Shown: positions 9,213 to 18,415 of the stretch, in pieces
Layout: the number at the start of each line of letters is the position of its first letter
Numbering within the stretch: the first letter of the stretch is position 1
Source of the DNA: a virus
Length of the DNA: 64,000 nucleotides
Reading direction: 5' to 3' (one strand)
IMG/VR virus record: IMGVR_UViG_3300023112_001138
Coordinates: 1 to 64,000 of that record
The notes under the pieces: model-generated
Databases searched by the model: none
What the model saw: only the letters and a program-made list of their open reading frames with translations
What the model was told of the DNA's origin: nothing
Made by a program: the position numbers and the translations under genes

Positions 9213-9857
9213 ATGAGACATAGAGATAGGACAAACAATATTTTAAAATCTAATCTTCTTATACAAATGAGGGGTAGATTAATTACTGAAGCACCACCTT
9301 GGCATGATACTATGGGTGATCCTGTAGTTGCAAAAAAAGCACAACATGGTTATTTAGAAGGTGATGATGAAGAGTTAATAGGTAAAGAAGTTTGGTTTCA
9401 CACCAATCGACATAATATAAAATATAATAAGAATGGTGCATTTGGGATATATGGTAGATCCCCTAGAGGTAGAAAAGATGTTAAGGGTGGGGCATTAGGA
9501 TACACAAACGATATTTTATTGGGTGGTGTTATTAATTTTGATATTAGTCCGGGATATCATAATGTAATGAGGACAACAAGAGATGCTGGGGATATGGAAA
9601 AACGATCTCAAGTTGTTGGTGTTGGGGGAGTGGTTCAATCACTACCTAAAGATCCTGTAGATTTAAAGGGTGTAGGTGAGGAGATAAAGTATAATCCTTT
9701 TATCTCAGATTATTTTTATACTGCTGGTGGGGGAGAAAAAGTATTGGGGGCTGAATTTGTTTATGGTGAATATAGACCCGATGGTAGTTATTCTTTACAT
9801 GCCATTAATCCCGTAATAGAACCATTTAATTTAGGTGAATATAACCCCATAAGTTAA
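9213..9857 (+). CDS. Hypothetical phage protein with a leader ending LITE
   Basis: 214-aa ORF; ATATTTATA at 9200-9208. Confidence 0.6.
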   Translation: MRHRDRTNNILKSNLLIQMRGRLITEAPPWHDTMGDPVVAKKAQHGYLEGDDEELIGKEVWFHTNRHNIKYNKNGAFGIYGRSPRGRKDVKGGALGYTNDILLGGVINFDISPGYHNVMRTTRDAGDMEKRSQVVGVGGVVQSLPKDPVDLKGVGEEIKYNPFISDYFYTAGGGEKVLGAEFVYGEYRPDGSYSLHAINPVIEPFNLGEYNPIS

Positions 9858-9933
9858 CAAATTTTAGTTAGTCGTTAATTTTGGTGGATTTATCTATATT
9901 TATTAATAAATAACACTATATAAATTTTTTATA

Positions 9934-10053
9934 ATGAAAATTAGAAGAGGTTCTATTAGATTAACTGAACAAGACTTGTTAAACTTAGTTAAAAAATTAA
10001 ATGTTAAAGTAACACCCCAACAAAGTGAGTTAGTCTTGGAATCAAAAAAGTAA
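9934..10053 (+). CDS. 39-aa leader-only micropeptide, not in ORF track
   Basis: MKIRRGSIRLTEQDLLNLVKKLNVKVTPQQSELVLESKK*; has its own ATATTTATT box at 9896-9904. Confidence 0.6.
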   Translation: MKIRRGSIRLTEQDLLNLVKKLNVKVTPQQSELVLESKK

Positions 10054-10144
10054 TAGTTTCGTATATGTAATAAAGTTATATATCATGTTTAATATATATT
10101 AAATAATGTTATTAGTTTGCAATATTCCTTATATTTATAAACAT

Positions 10145-10669
10145 ATGGAAATTATCATTAGAAAAATACTTAAAGAAGAAACCCAAAAACCTAAACTTAA
10201 TGATATCATATTAAAAGATTTATTAAAATCTTTTAATAAAAATACAATGCTACGAGATAATATCAGTGGAGATATTAATGGTATGTTATTAAAAGATGTT
10301 GATTTTTATCAATATGAAAGATTACTAGATATGGTAAATAGCGTATTACTACCACATATTGATAAAACTTATGATTTAAACATTGGAAAAGATAATGATC
10401 TTTTACAACCAATTTATTTAAAGTGGATAAGGGAAATGTATGGTGATGGAAGTTATCCACTACCTGGAGATTTGATAGAAATGGTAGAGATGGCGGGGGA
10501 TGACTTAAACCCAATCCCTACTGGAACTAAAGGGGTTGTAACTTCGATTAAGAGTCATAATTTTAATGGTGTAGCCGAAGAACATTTAGATGTCAATTGG
10601 GAAAATAAAAGGTCATTAAGAGTTTTACTCCCACACGACAAAATAAAAATTATTAGTAGAAATATATGA
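10145..10669 (+). CDS. Protein with IRKILKEE leader and C-terminal DUF4314-like domain
   Basis: Start moved to the ATG at 10145, after ATATTTATA at 10131-10139; GDLIEMVEM...PIPTGTKGVV...VNWENKRSLRVL. Confidence 0.65.
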   Translation: MEIIIRKILKEETQKPKLNDIILKDLLKSFNKNTMLRDNISGDINGMLLKDVDFYQYERLLDMVNSVLLPHIDKTYDLNIGKDNDLLQPIYLKWIREMYGDGSYPLPGDLIEMVEMAGDDLNPIPTGTKGVVTSIKSHNFNGVAEEHLDVNWENKRSLRVLLPHDKIKIISRNI

Positions 10670-11148
10670 GGTTCCTTATTAAAAAAATATTAAGAGAGGG
10701 GTATAGTGAAGGTATTAATGACTATAAAAAAGTACAATCACAAGAACACGAAGAATATTTCACCAACAAAAAAATATTACCTTTAATAATAAAATATTTA
10801 GATAGTATCATTAATATAGATATGATCGTTAAATCGAATGAAAATTCTACAACATATACTGTTTATTTTGATGATGTAGAACCTATCGCTAAACATTATT
10901 GTTATGGGTGTAGTGGTACATTCCATTACCCTACAGGTACACACGATATATACACTATGTCACATGCGGAAGATAATGATCAATTTACTAGTGCAGTAGA
11001 AGGTGCGTTAATAGATATGTTCGGTGGTGAACTAAGTAACATGGAATTTTATAGTTTAATTTATAAATATTTATTCGATATAATAAAAAAATATATGGAT
11101 AATGATATGGTTATCAATTATCCTGAAGAACACGATATGGATTGGTAA
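10666..11148 (+). CDS. Hypothetical protein with IKKILRE leader
   Basis: MRFLIKKILREG; ATGA overlap with the upstream gene. Confidence 0.65.
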   Translation: MRFLIKKILREGYSEGINDYKKVQSQEHEEYFTNKKILPLIIKYLDSIINIDMIVKSNENSTTYTVYFDDVEPIAKHYCYGCSGTFHYPTGTHDIYTMSHAEDNDQFTSAVEGALIDMFGGELSNMEFYSLIYKYLFDIIKKYMDNDMVINYPEEHDMDW

Positions 11149-12245
11149 TGAAAAGATTAATTAAAAAAATATTAAAGGAGGAAATATCTAATCCTAAACA
11201 AGAGAAATATTACGAGTATATTATTAATAATATAATGAAAGATATCTCAGTAACACCGGAGAAAGTATTTTATACCAGTATGGACACGGCATTAGATAAC
11301 ACTGAATTAAGAGTTTATGTGGAAAATATTATGGACGACTGGAGAGAAATGGATAGAAGAGGGTGGAGAGTAAGTGATGTTGACAATACATCAACGGATT
11401 TCGATGTCGATAGATTTATTTTCGATAAACAAGGGTATAGTAGGAAAGAAGGTTATACTAACCCAATAACTAACATATTACCACATAAACAAATGCCACA
11501 TTCATGGGCAATGGAAGAAGTTACATATGAAGTATTAAAAGAATTAGAAGAAAAGGGTGTAATGGTTCAGTTGGGGGGGTTCGAAGAGTTTGAACAATTT
11601 TTACCAGACTACCTAATAGAAATTGGTACATCACATAATTACAATAATCAAATTTTCAGAATTCCTTTATATTATAATATAATAACCCTTAATTACTATT
11701 TTACTATATCAGGAAAAGAGGCTATTATAAACATGCTATTACATAGATTAAAATATTTTTATGGTTTAAATGATGATGAGTCTAAAAAAATAGTTGGTAA
11801 ACTAATATTAAAAATAGTGGGGGAATTAGAAAACGAGTATTCCTTAAAAATAGAAAAAATAGAGCCAGAGTATTATACCTTTGATGTTGGTAGGGTGGAT
11901 GAGTCTACTATATCTGATTTTATAAGTTTTACCAAGGATGAATTAGGGTTAGATAATGATTTTAGTGTAGAATTAGAAGATGATGGGGATGAATTGGAAA
12001 CCTTAGCGAGTTATGATATAGAAGATAATAAAGTAAAAGTGTTATCTAAAAATAGATCATTACCTGATATTATAAGGTCTATTGCACATGAATTGGTGCA
12101 CCATAAGCAAAATCAAGAAGGGGTATTAACTGGGGATGAAGATGAAGGTGCTGATGGGTCCCCACAAGAGAATGAAGCCAATGCGAGGGCGGGAAAAATA
12201 GTTAGAAGATTCGGAAAGAGATATCCAGAGATTTATGACTTATAA
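11148..12245 (+). CDS. IKKILKEE-leader protein with C-terminal zincin-like (HExxH) metallopeptidase module
   Basis: Start at ATG 11148; after VDES comes RSIAHELVHHKQ...ENEANARAG. Confidence 0.7.
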   Translation: MKRLIKKILKEEISNPKQEKYYEYIINNIMKDISVTPEKVFYTSMDTALDNTELRVYVENIMDDWREMDRRGWRVSDVDNTSTDFDVDRFIFDKQGYSRKEGYTNPITNILPHKQMPHSWAMEEVTYEVLKELEEKGVMVQLGGFEEFEQFLPDYLIEIGTSHNYNNQIFRIPLYYNIITLNYYFTISGKEAIINMLLHRLKYFYGLNDDESKKIVGKLILKIVGELENEYSLKIEKIEPEYYTFDVGRVDESTISDFISFTKDELGLDNDFSVELEDDGDELETLASYDIEDNKVKVLSKNRSLPDIIRSIAHELVHHKQNQEGVLTGDEDEGADGSPQENEANARAGKIVRRFGKRYPEIYDL

Positions 12246-12634
12246 ATTTTATCACCTACCTGTATACCATTATTTTCACAAAAATCTAGATTAACCTCTA
12301 AATTAGAATCTGCAGTTAGATTATTAGAAATGTTTGTAACGTCATTTGGATTAGCGGGTATTATTTCTGATATCTCATCTCCGTTAATGAAAACCATTTC
12401 TAAGGGTATTTCTACGTCCTTCATCCAAAAACCATTATCTACTGAATCAAAAAACATTCCACTATTTTTACCCAAATTATCTCTATACATTAACCCCTGA
12501 GCTCGTTCTTCAACGGATGTTGGAACTTCACAATTAACATTTATTTCCTCACCTTTACCATTAATAATGGTGATGTTACATCTATTTGGGAATGGTATTC
12601 CTAAGTTCTCTAATAATAATTCATTTAATTTCAT
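12233..12634 (-). CDS. DUF192 family protein
   Basis: ERAQGLMYRDNLGKNSGMFF...FWMKDVEIPLEMVFI; leader MKLNELLLE; box (minus strand) at 12638-12646. Confidence 0.8.
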   Translation of the reverse strand: MKLNELLLENLGIPFPNRCNITIINGKGEEINVNCEVPTSVEERAQGLMYRDNLGKNSGMFFDSVDNGFWMKDVEIPLEMVFINGDEISEIIPANPNDVTNISNNLTADSNLEVNLDFCENNGIQVGDKIYKS

Positions 12635-12646
12635 ACTTATAAATAT

Positions 12647-12675
12647 TTGACATTTGTATTAAATATAAGTATAAT
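12647..12675 (+). promoter_or_regulatory. Perfect sigma70-type promoter TTGACA-N17-TATAAT
   Basis: TTGACA at 12647-12652 and TATAAT at 12670-12675, upstream of the 12710 ORF. Confidence 0.7.
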
Positions 12676-12709
12676 TTAATTATTAATAAAATAAATAAAA
12701 AAATATATT

Positions 12710-12925
12710 ATGCCAAAAAGTAGACATAGAAAAAACCAGAAGAAAAAATCCAGAGCAAGAACAGAAAAAGTGTTATCACAACAGAAAGCATTTCAAAAGA
12801 AAATGGAGGTGGAATTCATGAAGAAAATGGAAGAAGCTCAAAATAAAAATACTGAAATTCATGAGGTTACCGATGGTGACACACCAGATGGGGGTAGTGT
12901 TGCTTTTGATGAAATTAAAAAATAG
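12710..12925 (+). CDS. Small protein with a basic N-terminus
   Basis: 71-aa ORF MPKSRHRKNQKKKSRAR... Confidence 0.65.
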   Translation: MPKSRHRKNQKKKSRARTEKVLSQQKAFQKKMEVEFMKKMEEAQNKNTEIHEVTDGDTPDGGSVAFDEIKK

Positions 12926-12963
12926 TTTTATATCTTTCATTATATTTATATGAAAAGGTTTAA

Positions 12964-13902
12964 ATGAAAATTATATTAACAGAGTCACAGTTAAAAGAAT
13001 TATATAAGTCTACTTATAATAGTGCTGCGGCCAAGTCGGTAGAACAGGGGAACGATGAATTAGCTTTAGACTTCCTTCACCACTCAAATGAAATGGGGAT
13101 ACCTGAATTAAATGGTGTTTATCCACCTGACGTAGATAACGATGGAGATACTGATGCTGACGATGCAAAACATTGTACATATTCTGACCATTGTGATTAC
13201 GATATGGATGGTTCTATAGATGACACTGGAGAACCAACAAGAGACTATGATTTTTATGGTGTTGGTACTTCTGATATGGACGCTGATGGTATTCCTGACG
13301 ATGAAGATGATGAATTATCTGTAGATAGGTTTGACATTAGACAAAGGATACAAAGTGAATTAAATACTATGTTAAATGAGGTAGGCGGTTATGATTCTCA
13401 GGATATAATGGGGATTCATGGTGGTAGAGTTCATGGTGAAATAACTAGAATAGTTACCGATACAGTGGGGTTAATAAAACACTTTAGCGAACATTTAGTT
13501 AGTGGTTCCTTATCTAAGAATGATATAATGCTCGGAATTTTTAATTTTTCTGAAAAAGTTCAACATGATATAAAACGATTAAAAGAATTATCAAGTGAAA
13601 TTTATATAGATGACGATTTTAAGTCATTAATGGTAAATTATATACGAGCACTACAAAAAGTTTTAAAATATTTTAAATTATTAAGCAATTTAAGTTCAGG
13701 AATAGTGGGTAGGAAACCACAAATGTTTAGTGCTGGATTAGGTGTGGATATGAGCCATAGTGAGTTATCTTTAAAAATTGCAGAGAAATTATCTAGCTTG
13801 GGTGAACACATAGAATCTTTAGGTGAAATGTTCCAAACAATTATGGGTAGATTTAGTAGTCGAATGCAGGGTAATCACGATGATAGTGAGGATATATTTT
13901 AG
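12964..13902 (+). CDS. LTESQL-leader protein with DxDxDG (Ca2+-binding-like) repeats
   Basis: MKIILTESQLKEL; DVDNDGD, DYDMDG, DMDADGIPD; internal MLNE; ATATTTATA at 12942-12950. Confidence 0.65.
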   Translation: MKIILTESQLKELYKSTYNSAAAKSVEQGNDELALDFLHHSNEMGIPELNGVYPPDVDNDGDTDADDAKHCTYSDHCDYDMDGSIDDTGEPTRDYDFYGVGTSDMDADGIPDDEDDELSVDRFDIRQRIQSELNTMLNEVGGYDSQDIMGIHGGRVHGEITRIVTDTVGLIKHFSEHLVSGSLSKNDIMLGIFNFSEKVQHDIKRLKELSSEIYIDDDFKSLMVNYIRALQKVLKYFKLLSNLSSGIVGRKPQMFSAGLGVDMSHSELSLKIAEKLSSLGEHIESLGEMFQTIMGRFSSRMQGNHDDSEDIF

Positions 13903-13954
13903 ATACCCTTTAAAATTAACTACATTAACATTACTTTTATTAAAATAAAGAATT

Positions 13955-14152
13955 ATGAACAACGATCAAAAAGCAGAATTATACCATTCTTATCTATTAA
14001 GACATGATAGATTAGAATCTCAGATAGCAGATATTAAATCTGAGGCAGCAGGAAGAGATTTAAACAAAGAGCAAAAAAATAAGATTAATCTTATAGAATC
14101 TCAGAAGGCAGAAATTGTTACTGAAACTCAGAAACTTTTCGAGTCATACTAG
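13955..14152 (+). CDS. Small coiled-coil hypothetical protein
   Basis: 65-aa ORF with an A-rich start context. Confidence 0.6.
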   Translation: MNNDQKAELYHSYLLRHDRLESQIADIKSEAAGRDLNKEQKNKINLIESQKAEIVTETQKLFESY

Positions 14153-14165
14153 TATTTATAATAGT

Positions 14166-14960
14166 ATGTCGATAAGAACTACTATTAAAAAAATACTTTT
14201 AGAAAATAATAAACGTTATAATAAATTCGCTTATAACGTAATTAAATATGCGTATAATAATATTCGCATTAATCAGTACAGTGGTAAAGAAGGTGAATTT
14301 AAATCTAAATTTGGGAGTGTTGATAATTGGATTAGAAATATTAAGTTGTATTTTTTTGAGCCGATGGAAAAACAAAAATCTATGTATAGTTTAGATAAGG
14401 CTATTGATTATGGAAACAACCCACTCATTGACGGAATCAAACAAACAGATATAATAAAAATGTTATCAGAATTTATAGTGAATTTTGAGGAGTCTGGTGA
14501 AAAAATAGAAGTGGACGTAATTAGTGGGTTTAATTTTGATGTATACTTGGAAAAAAATTATTTTAAGTGTACTAATGAATTTTTTGAATTTGTATGGGAC
14601 GTTTATTTAAAAGATGCTAGAAATCATTGGAACGAGAGTCCAAAAGATAAGTATTGGGAAGAAATAAAAGATGGTGTCATCGAAAAAATGGAAGATGTGG
14701 AGTGGCAAGAGGAAAACGGTGTTTCATTTGATCAATTAAATAACGAAAAGGAATATTTTATGTCATATTGGCATTACCCAATGGACTCTTTGGGTTGGGA
14801 TAGGGATGATTTATGTGAATTTTATAAAGATATGTTATCTGAAAGGGGAGATGAAAAATTAAGAAAAGTAATCGAGTATCACGATAACCAATTTATAAAT
14901 ACAACTATAATAGACCATAACCTTTATTATGTAATTGACAGGGATAAGTTCCTATTTTAA
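14166..14960 (+). CDS. Hypothetical protein with IKKILLE leader
   Basis: Start moved to ATG 14166 (MSIRTTIKKILLEN), after TATTTATA at 14153-14160. Confidence 0.65.
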   Translation: MSIRTTIKKILLENNKRYNKFAYNVIKYAYNNIRINQYSGKEGEFKSKFGSVDNWIRNIKLYFFEPMEKQKSMYSLDKAIDYGNNPLIDGIKQTDIIKMLSEFIVNFEESGEKIEVDVISGFNFDVYLEKNYFKCTNEFFEFVWDVYLKDARNHWNESPKDKYWEEIKDGVIEKMEDVEWQEENGVSFDQLNNEKEYFMSYWHYPMDSLGWDRDDLCEFYKDMLSERGDEKLRKVIEYHDNQFINTTIIDHNLYYVIDRDKFLF

Positions 14961-15374
14961 CCTTTTTATACGTCTTAATGCGTTTTTTGACTCATTTGTT
15001 ACCTTACTACCCTTACTTAAGTTCTCCTCATAGGGTATAAACCTTAAATTTTTGATGTTTCCTACCTTTTCTGGTGGGATTTTCTCTTTAAAACCCATCG
15101 CAATAGGGTAAATGTGATCTAAATGATGGTTTTTCCATCCTCTTTTGTCAGAATTCTCCAATAAATAGAGTTTTTGTCCTTCTGTAACCTCCCAAACCAT
15201 AGCATAATACAATTTCTTCTCTAAATCCTTAATTTTTTTGATTTTTTGTTTGATTTTAGGGTGTTTTTTGGTAATTTTACGTATTTTATACCTATTTTTA
15301 TCCCTTTTTCGTTGATTTAAGGGTGTTTTAGGGGTATTTTTACCTTTTTTAGTATTTTTGGGTGGAATATTCAT
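14952..15374 (-). CDS. HNH endonuclease-like protein
   Basis: HHLDHIYPI...NIKNLRFIPYEENLSKGSK; very basic N-terminus. Confidence 0.65.
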   Translation of the reverse strand: MNIPPKNTKKGKNTPKTPLNQRKRDKNRYKIRKITKKHPKIKQKIKKIKDLEKKLYYAMVWEVTEGQKLYLLENSDKRGWKNHHLDHIYPIAMGFKEKIPPEKVGNIKNLRFIPYEENLSKGSKVTNESKNALRRIKRLK

Positions 15375-15404
15375 ATATTTAAATAAATAACTATATTTAT
15401 AAAT

Positions 15405-16244
15405 ATGAAGATAATAATTACCGAAAACCAGTTAAAAAAAATACTTTTAAATGAAAATCAATATACAAAAAGTAATGTAACTTTTAATGATATATGGTTT
15501 TGTAATAAAGTAGTTAAATGTGATGAAAATCAAGATAGGGATGATAGCCCACTTTATTTAGTACAACAAAGATTAATAGAAGAGTTAAATAAAAATCCGG
15601 AAACAAAAAAATGGGTGATAAAAAAGAACTTCACAGCAGATAAATCTTTTGGTCCAACTACCGCTAAGGCAATTGGGATGTATTATACTAATGGTGAAAG
15701 TGAATTTGAGTGTCCAGTTAATATCGGACCAAAATTATTAAAAAAGTTAGGTTTTGAACCACCAGAAGAATTAACAGAAGATGAAAAAATATTGGCAGTT
15801 ACATTAACTATGGAAATGTCTAGTTACAATGAAAATGAAATTAAAGCAATATCTAATGTAATTGCAAATAGATCATATATACGTAATAAATCTGTGGTAG
15901 ATATAGTTAAATCTTGTAATAAGAAAAACATTTGTCAATTCTCTGGGTGGAATGATTATAAAGGTGAGGATGTCGACACTGTTATATGTAAAGAAAGATC
16001 GTATGAGGATGATTCTTGGGAAACTGCGGTAAAGTATGCGAAGTTATTGTTGTCGGGTGCAAACTTTTCAGATAATACTAATGGTGCAACACATTATTAT
16101 AACCCTAACAATCCAGACGTTAAAAAAAACCCACCTAATTGGGGTGAAGGATTTGATACTTGGGTACCACATATTAAATTAATTCATTCATATGGTAGGG
16201 ATACTACAACTAATTGGGCAAAAAATCCAGTTATAAGAAAATAA
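15405..16244 (+). CDS. SleB/Hydrolase_2-family cell wall hydrolase with ITENQL leader
   Basis: LTMEM...AISNVIANR...QFSGWN...DNTNGATHYYNP; degenerate PG-binding segment (ADKSFGPTT); ATATTTATA at 15393-15401. Confidence 0.8.
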   Translation: MKIIITENQLKKILLNENQYTKSNVTFNDIWFCNKVVKCDENQDRDDSPLYLVQQRLIEELNKNPETKKWVIKKNFTADKSFGPTTAKAIGMYYTNGESEFECPVNIGPKLLKKLGFEPPEELTEDEKILAVTLTMEMSSYNENEIKAISNVIANRSYIRNKSVVDIVKSCNKKNICQFSGWNDYKGEDVDTVICKERSYEDDSWETAVKYAKLLLSGANFSDNTNGATHYYNPNNPDVKKNPPNWGEGFDTWVPHIKLIHSYGRDTTTNWAKNPVIRK

Positions 16245-16248
16245 TAAA

Positions 16249-16506
16249 ATGGAAAGGGAATTAGATTACGCCTATAAGATATTCGTTTTTGAACAAATAC
16301 ACAATGCAACTGCAAGTGTAAAAAAAAGATGGATAATATACGATAGTATTTTAGGTGTCTTAAATGATATGAGGGAAATGGAATTAATAGATGAAATAAA
16401 ATATAGAATAACTGACAATGAAAATGATGTAAAAGTGTTCAAGTCTTCTCTAAAGAAGATAAAAAATAAAAATGATACTTTAAATTTGTTAATTAATTCA
16501 ATTTAG
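16249..16506 (+). CDS. Hypothetical protein
   Basis: 85-aa ORF closely following the upstream gene. Confidence 0.55.
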   Translation: MERELDYAYKIFVFEQIHNATASVKKRWIIYDSILGVLNDMREMELIDEIKYRITDNENDVKVFKSSLKKIKNKNDTLNLLINSI

Positions 16507-16534
16507 TATATATTTATAAATAAAAGTTAAGAGT

Positions 16535-18160
16535 ATGAAATATATAATTAGTGAAAACCAATATAAGATATTATTAAAAGAAGATAGGGTTACATTTTTA
16601 AAGACAAATAATGTAATTACAAAAGATGACCTTAAAAAATACCTTAAAGGTGAAAAAGAAGTATCCCAAGATCACCCAGAAGGTGGGATGAAGAAAAGAA
16701 TTAAGCTTGAACCTATTCAAGGTCATGATGGTATCGATATAGGTTATATCGTAACAAACAAAAAAGGTAAGGTGAGTATTAAAGTCACAGAGGAGGTTTT
16801 TGATAACATGGTTGACTCTGACCCAACAAATAATAAATCATTTGTCCAGTGGATGCTAGGGGTGTTTAGTCGACACCTTAAAGATGGTGATACTGATCAA
16901 GCAGTTAGATTTTTATCTGAAGATTTACCTGAAGCTAATGAATATCTTGAAGTTTTTGAAAGGGTTAGAAAGAAAAAAGTATTTAAAACTGGTGCACCTA
17001 ATAGACCTAACGCACCCGATAATGTTACCGACATAAATCAATATAAAGATTTGGCACATCTCTACTCCATTGTTAGCCCATTTATCGGCGCTGATGAAGA
17101 AGATGAGGATGATGGAGTAAGCCCTATATGGAAAAAAATGAAAAAGTATATTGATCTTGGACATGCTAGGTTAGCGTATAGAGATAATGACGTATTAGTT
17201 TATATTCCAGATACTATAGAATCTAGTTGTGACCCATTAGGTAATTTAGCTTCATGGTGTACGAGAAGAGAAGGGAATTCTTATTTTAAATCTTACCGAG
17301 AAGGGAATAAAAAACCAGATGGTAGTAATTCAGATTTATATGTAGTTATACCTAAAGAAGTTTTTGAAGGTGATGACGTTGGTGGGAGGTTTCCATTACA
17401 ATTCCATTTTGAAACTGGACAATTACATGATAAAAACAATTCATCTATAGAAAATGATTTTAATAATTTAATGAGTAATTATAGTGGGGCAAAGGAATTC
17501 TTTAAAAGAGAGTTAGGGGTATTAGCAACTGGAGATATTGAGCAAGGATCTGGATTAATGGATAGTAGGTATTTAAAGTACCTTAATAAGTTCGGTGGTA
17601 AAGCAAAAGATGTAATGACTGATGCTACATATAAAAAAGGTGTAGAATCTATTAGAAAATTAGCATCAGAACAAACAGGACAACTTCAAAATAATAAGTA
17701 TTTAAAGTGGTTAATGGAAAATACTGATGGTGTGCAAATAACGGATTATTTGGATCCTAGTGTGGAGGTATTAGATTTTAGTAATATGGAATTAACAGAG
17801 CTTCCAGACATCTCGAACTTCGTCAAGGTAACTAGACTTTCAGCTAATCAGTGTGGGTTAGTTAAATTACCACCTGTTAATTATTTACCTAAAAGTATTG
17901 AGGTTTTAACTATGACAGGAAATCAAATTAAAGAGGTTCCACTGAAAGATTATGGGACATTAACTAATTGTTTTGTAATGAATTTTGGTGACAACCCAGT
18001 TACAAAAATAAATGTGGAGGTACTGGAGAAATTGGTTAGGGAGGCGTTAGCTAGATTTGTATTAGCAAGTGTTAACTTAGATAATCTTTCACCTGAAAAT
18101 CTTGCACAATATAGGAGGTTTGAGGAAGATCCCGATAGTATAGGATATTTAGTGGCGTAA
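16535..18160 (+). CDS. Leucine-rich repeat protein with ISENQ leader and a WCT-motif domain
   Basis: LDFSNMELTELP, LSANQCGLVKLP, LTMTGNQIKEVP, MNFGDNPVTKI; LASWCT; ATATTTATA at 16510-16518. Confidence 0.7.
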   Translation: MKYIISENQYKILLKEDRVTFLKTNNVITKDDLKKYLKGEKEVSQDHPEGGMKKRIKLEPIQGHDGIDIGYIVTNKKGKVSIKVTEEVFDNMVDSDPTNNKSFVQWMLGVFSRHLKDGDTDQAVRFLSEDLPEANEYLEVFERVRKKKVFKTGAPNRPNAPDNVTDINQYKDLAHLYSIVSPFIGADEEDEDDGVSPIWKKMKKYIDLGHARLAYRDNDVLVYIPDTIESSCDPLGNLASWCTRREGNSYFKSYREGNKKPDGSNSDLYVVIPKEVFEGDDVGGRFPLQFHFETGQLHDKNNSSIENDFNNLMSNYSGAKEFFKRELGVLATGDIEQGSGLMDSRYLKYLNKFGGKAKDVMTDATYKKGVESIRKLASEQTGQLQNNKYLKWLMENTDGVQITDYLDPSVEVLDFSNMELTELPDISNFVKVTRLSANQCGLVKLPPVNYLPKSIEVLTMTGNQIKEVPLKDYGTLTNCFVMNFGDNPVTKINVEVLEKLVREALARFVLASVNLDNLSPENLAQYRRFEEDPDSIGYLVA

Positions 18161-18231
18161 ATAAAATTTTTTTATTAATAACACTATATTTATAATATAA
18201 AATAACATACTTTATAAAAAACATTAATAAT

Positions 18232-18396
18232 ATGTCAAAAAGAAAGAAAAAAGTGGTTAGGTTAACAGAAACAGAAATGGTTAGCTTAATTGAAAACATC
18301 GTTAACGAAGTAAAAAGAGAAAAGAAAAGAGAAATTACAGAATCTAGAAATAGAAAACCTGTAAGTAGAAAACCAGTATCTAGAAGAAGAAGATAA
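18232..18396 (+). CDS. 54-aa leader plus protamine-like peptide, not in ORF track
   Basis: MSKRKKKVVRLTETEMVSLIENIVNEVKREKKREITESRNRKPVSRKPVSRRRR*; ATATTTATA at 18186-18194. Confidence 0.7.
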   Translation: MSKRKKKVVRLTETEMVSLIENIVNEVKREKKREITESRNRKPVSRKPVSRRRR

Positions 18397-18415
18397 TCCA
18401 AAGTTAAAAAAACGT

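Noticed and set aside
14952-15374. HNH gene as part of a mobile intron
   Set aside because: Free-standing, opposite in strand to its neighbours, and it does not interrupt a gene.
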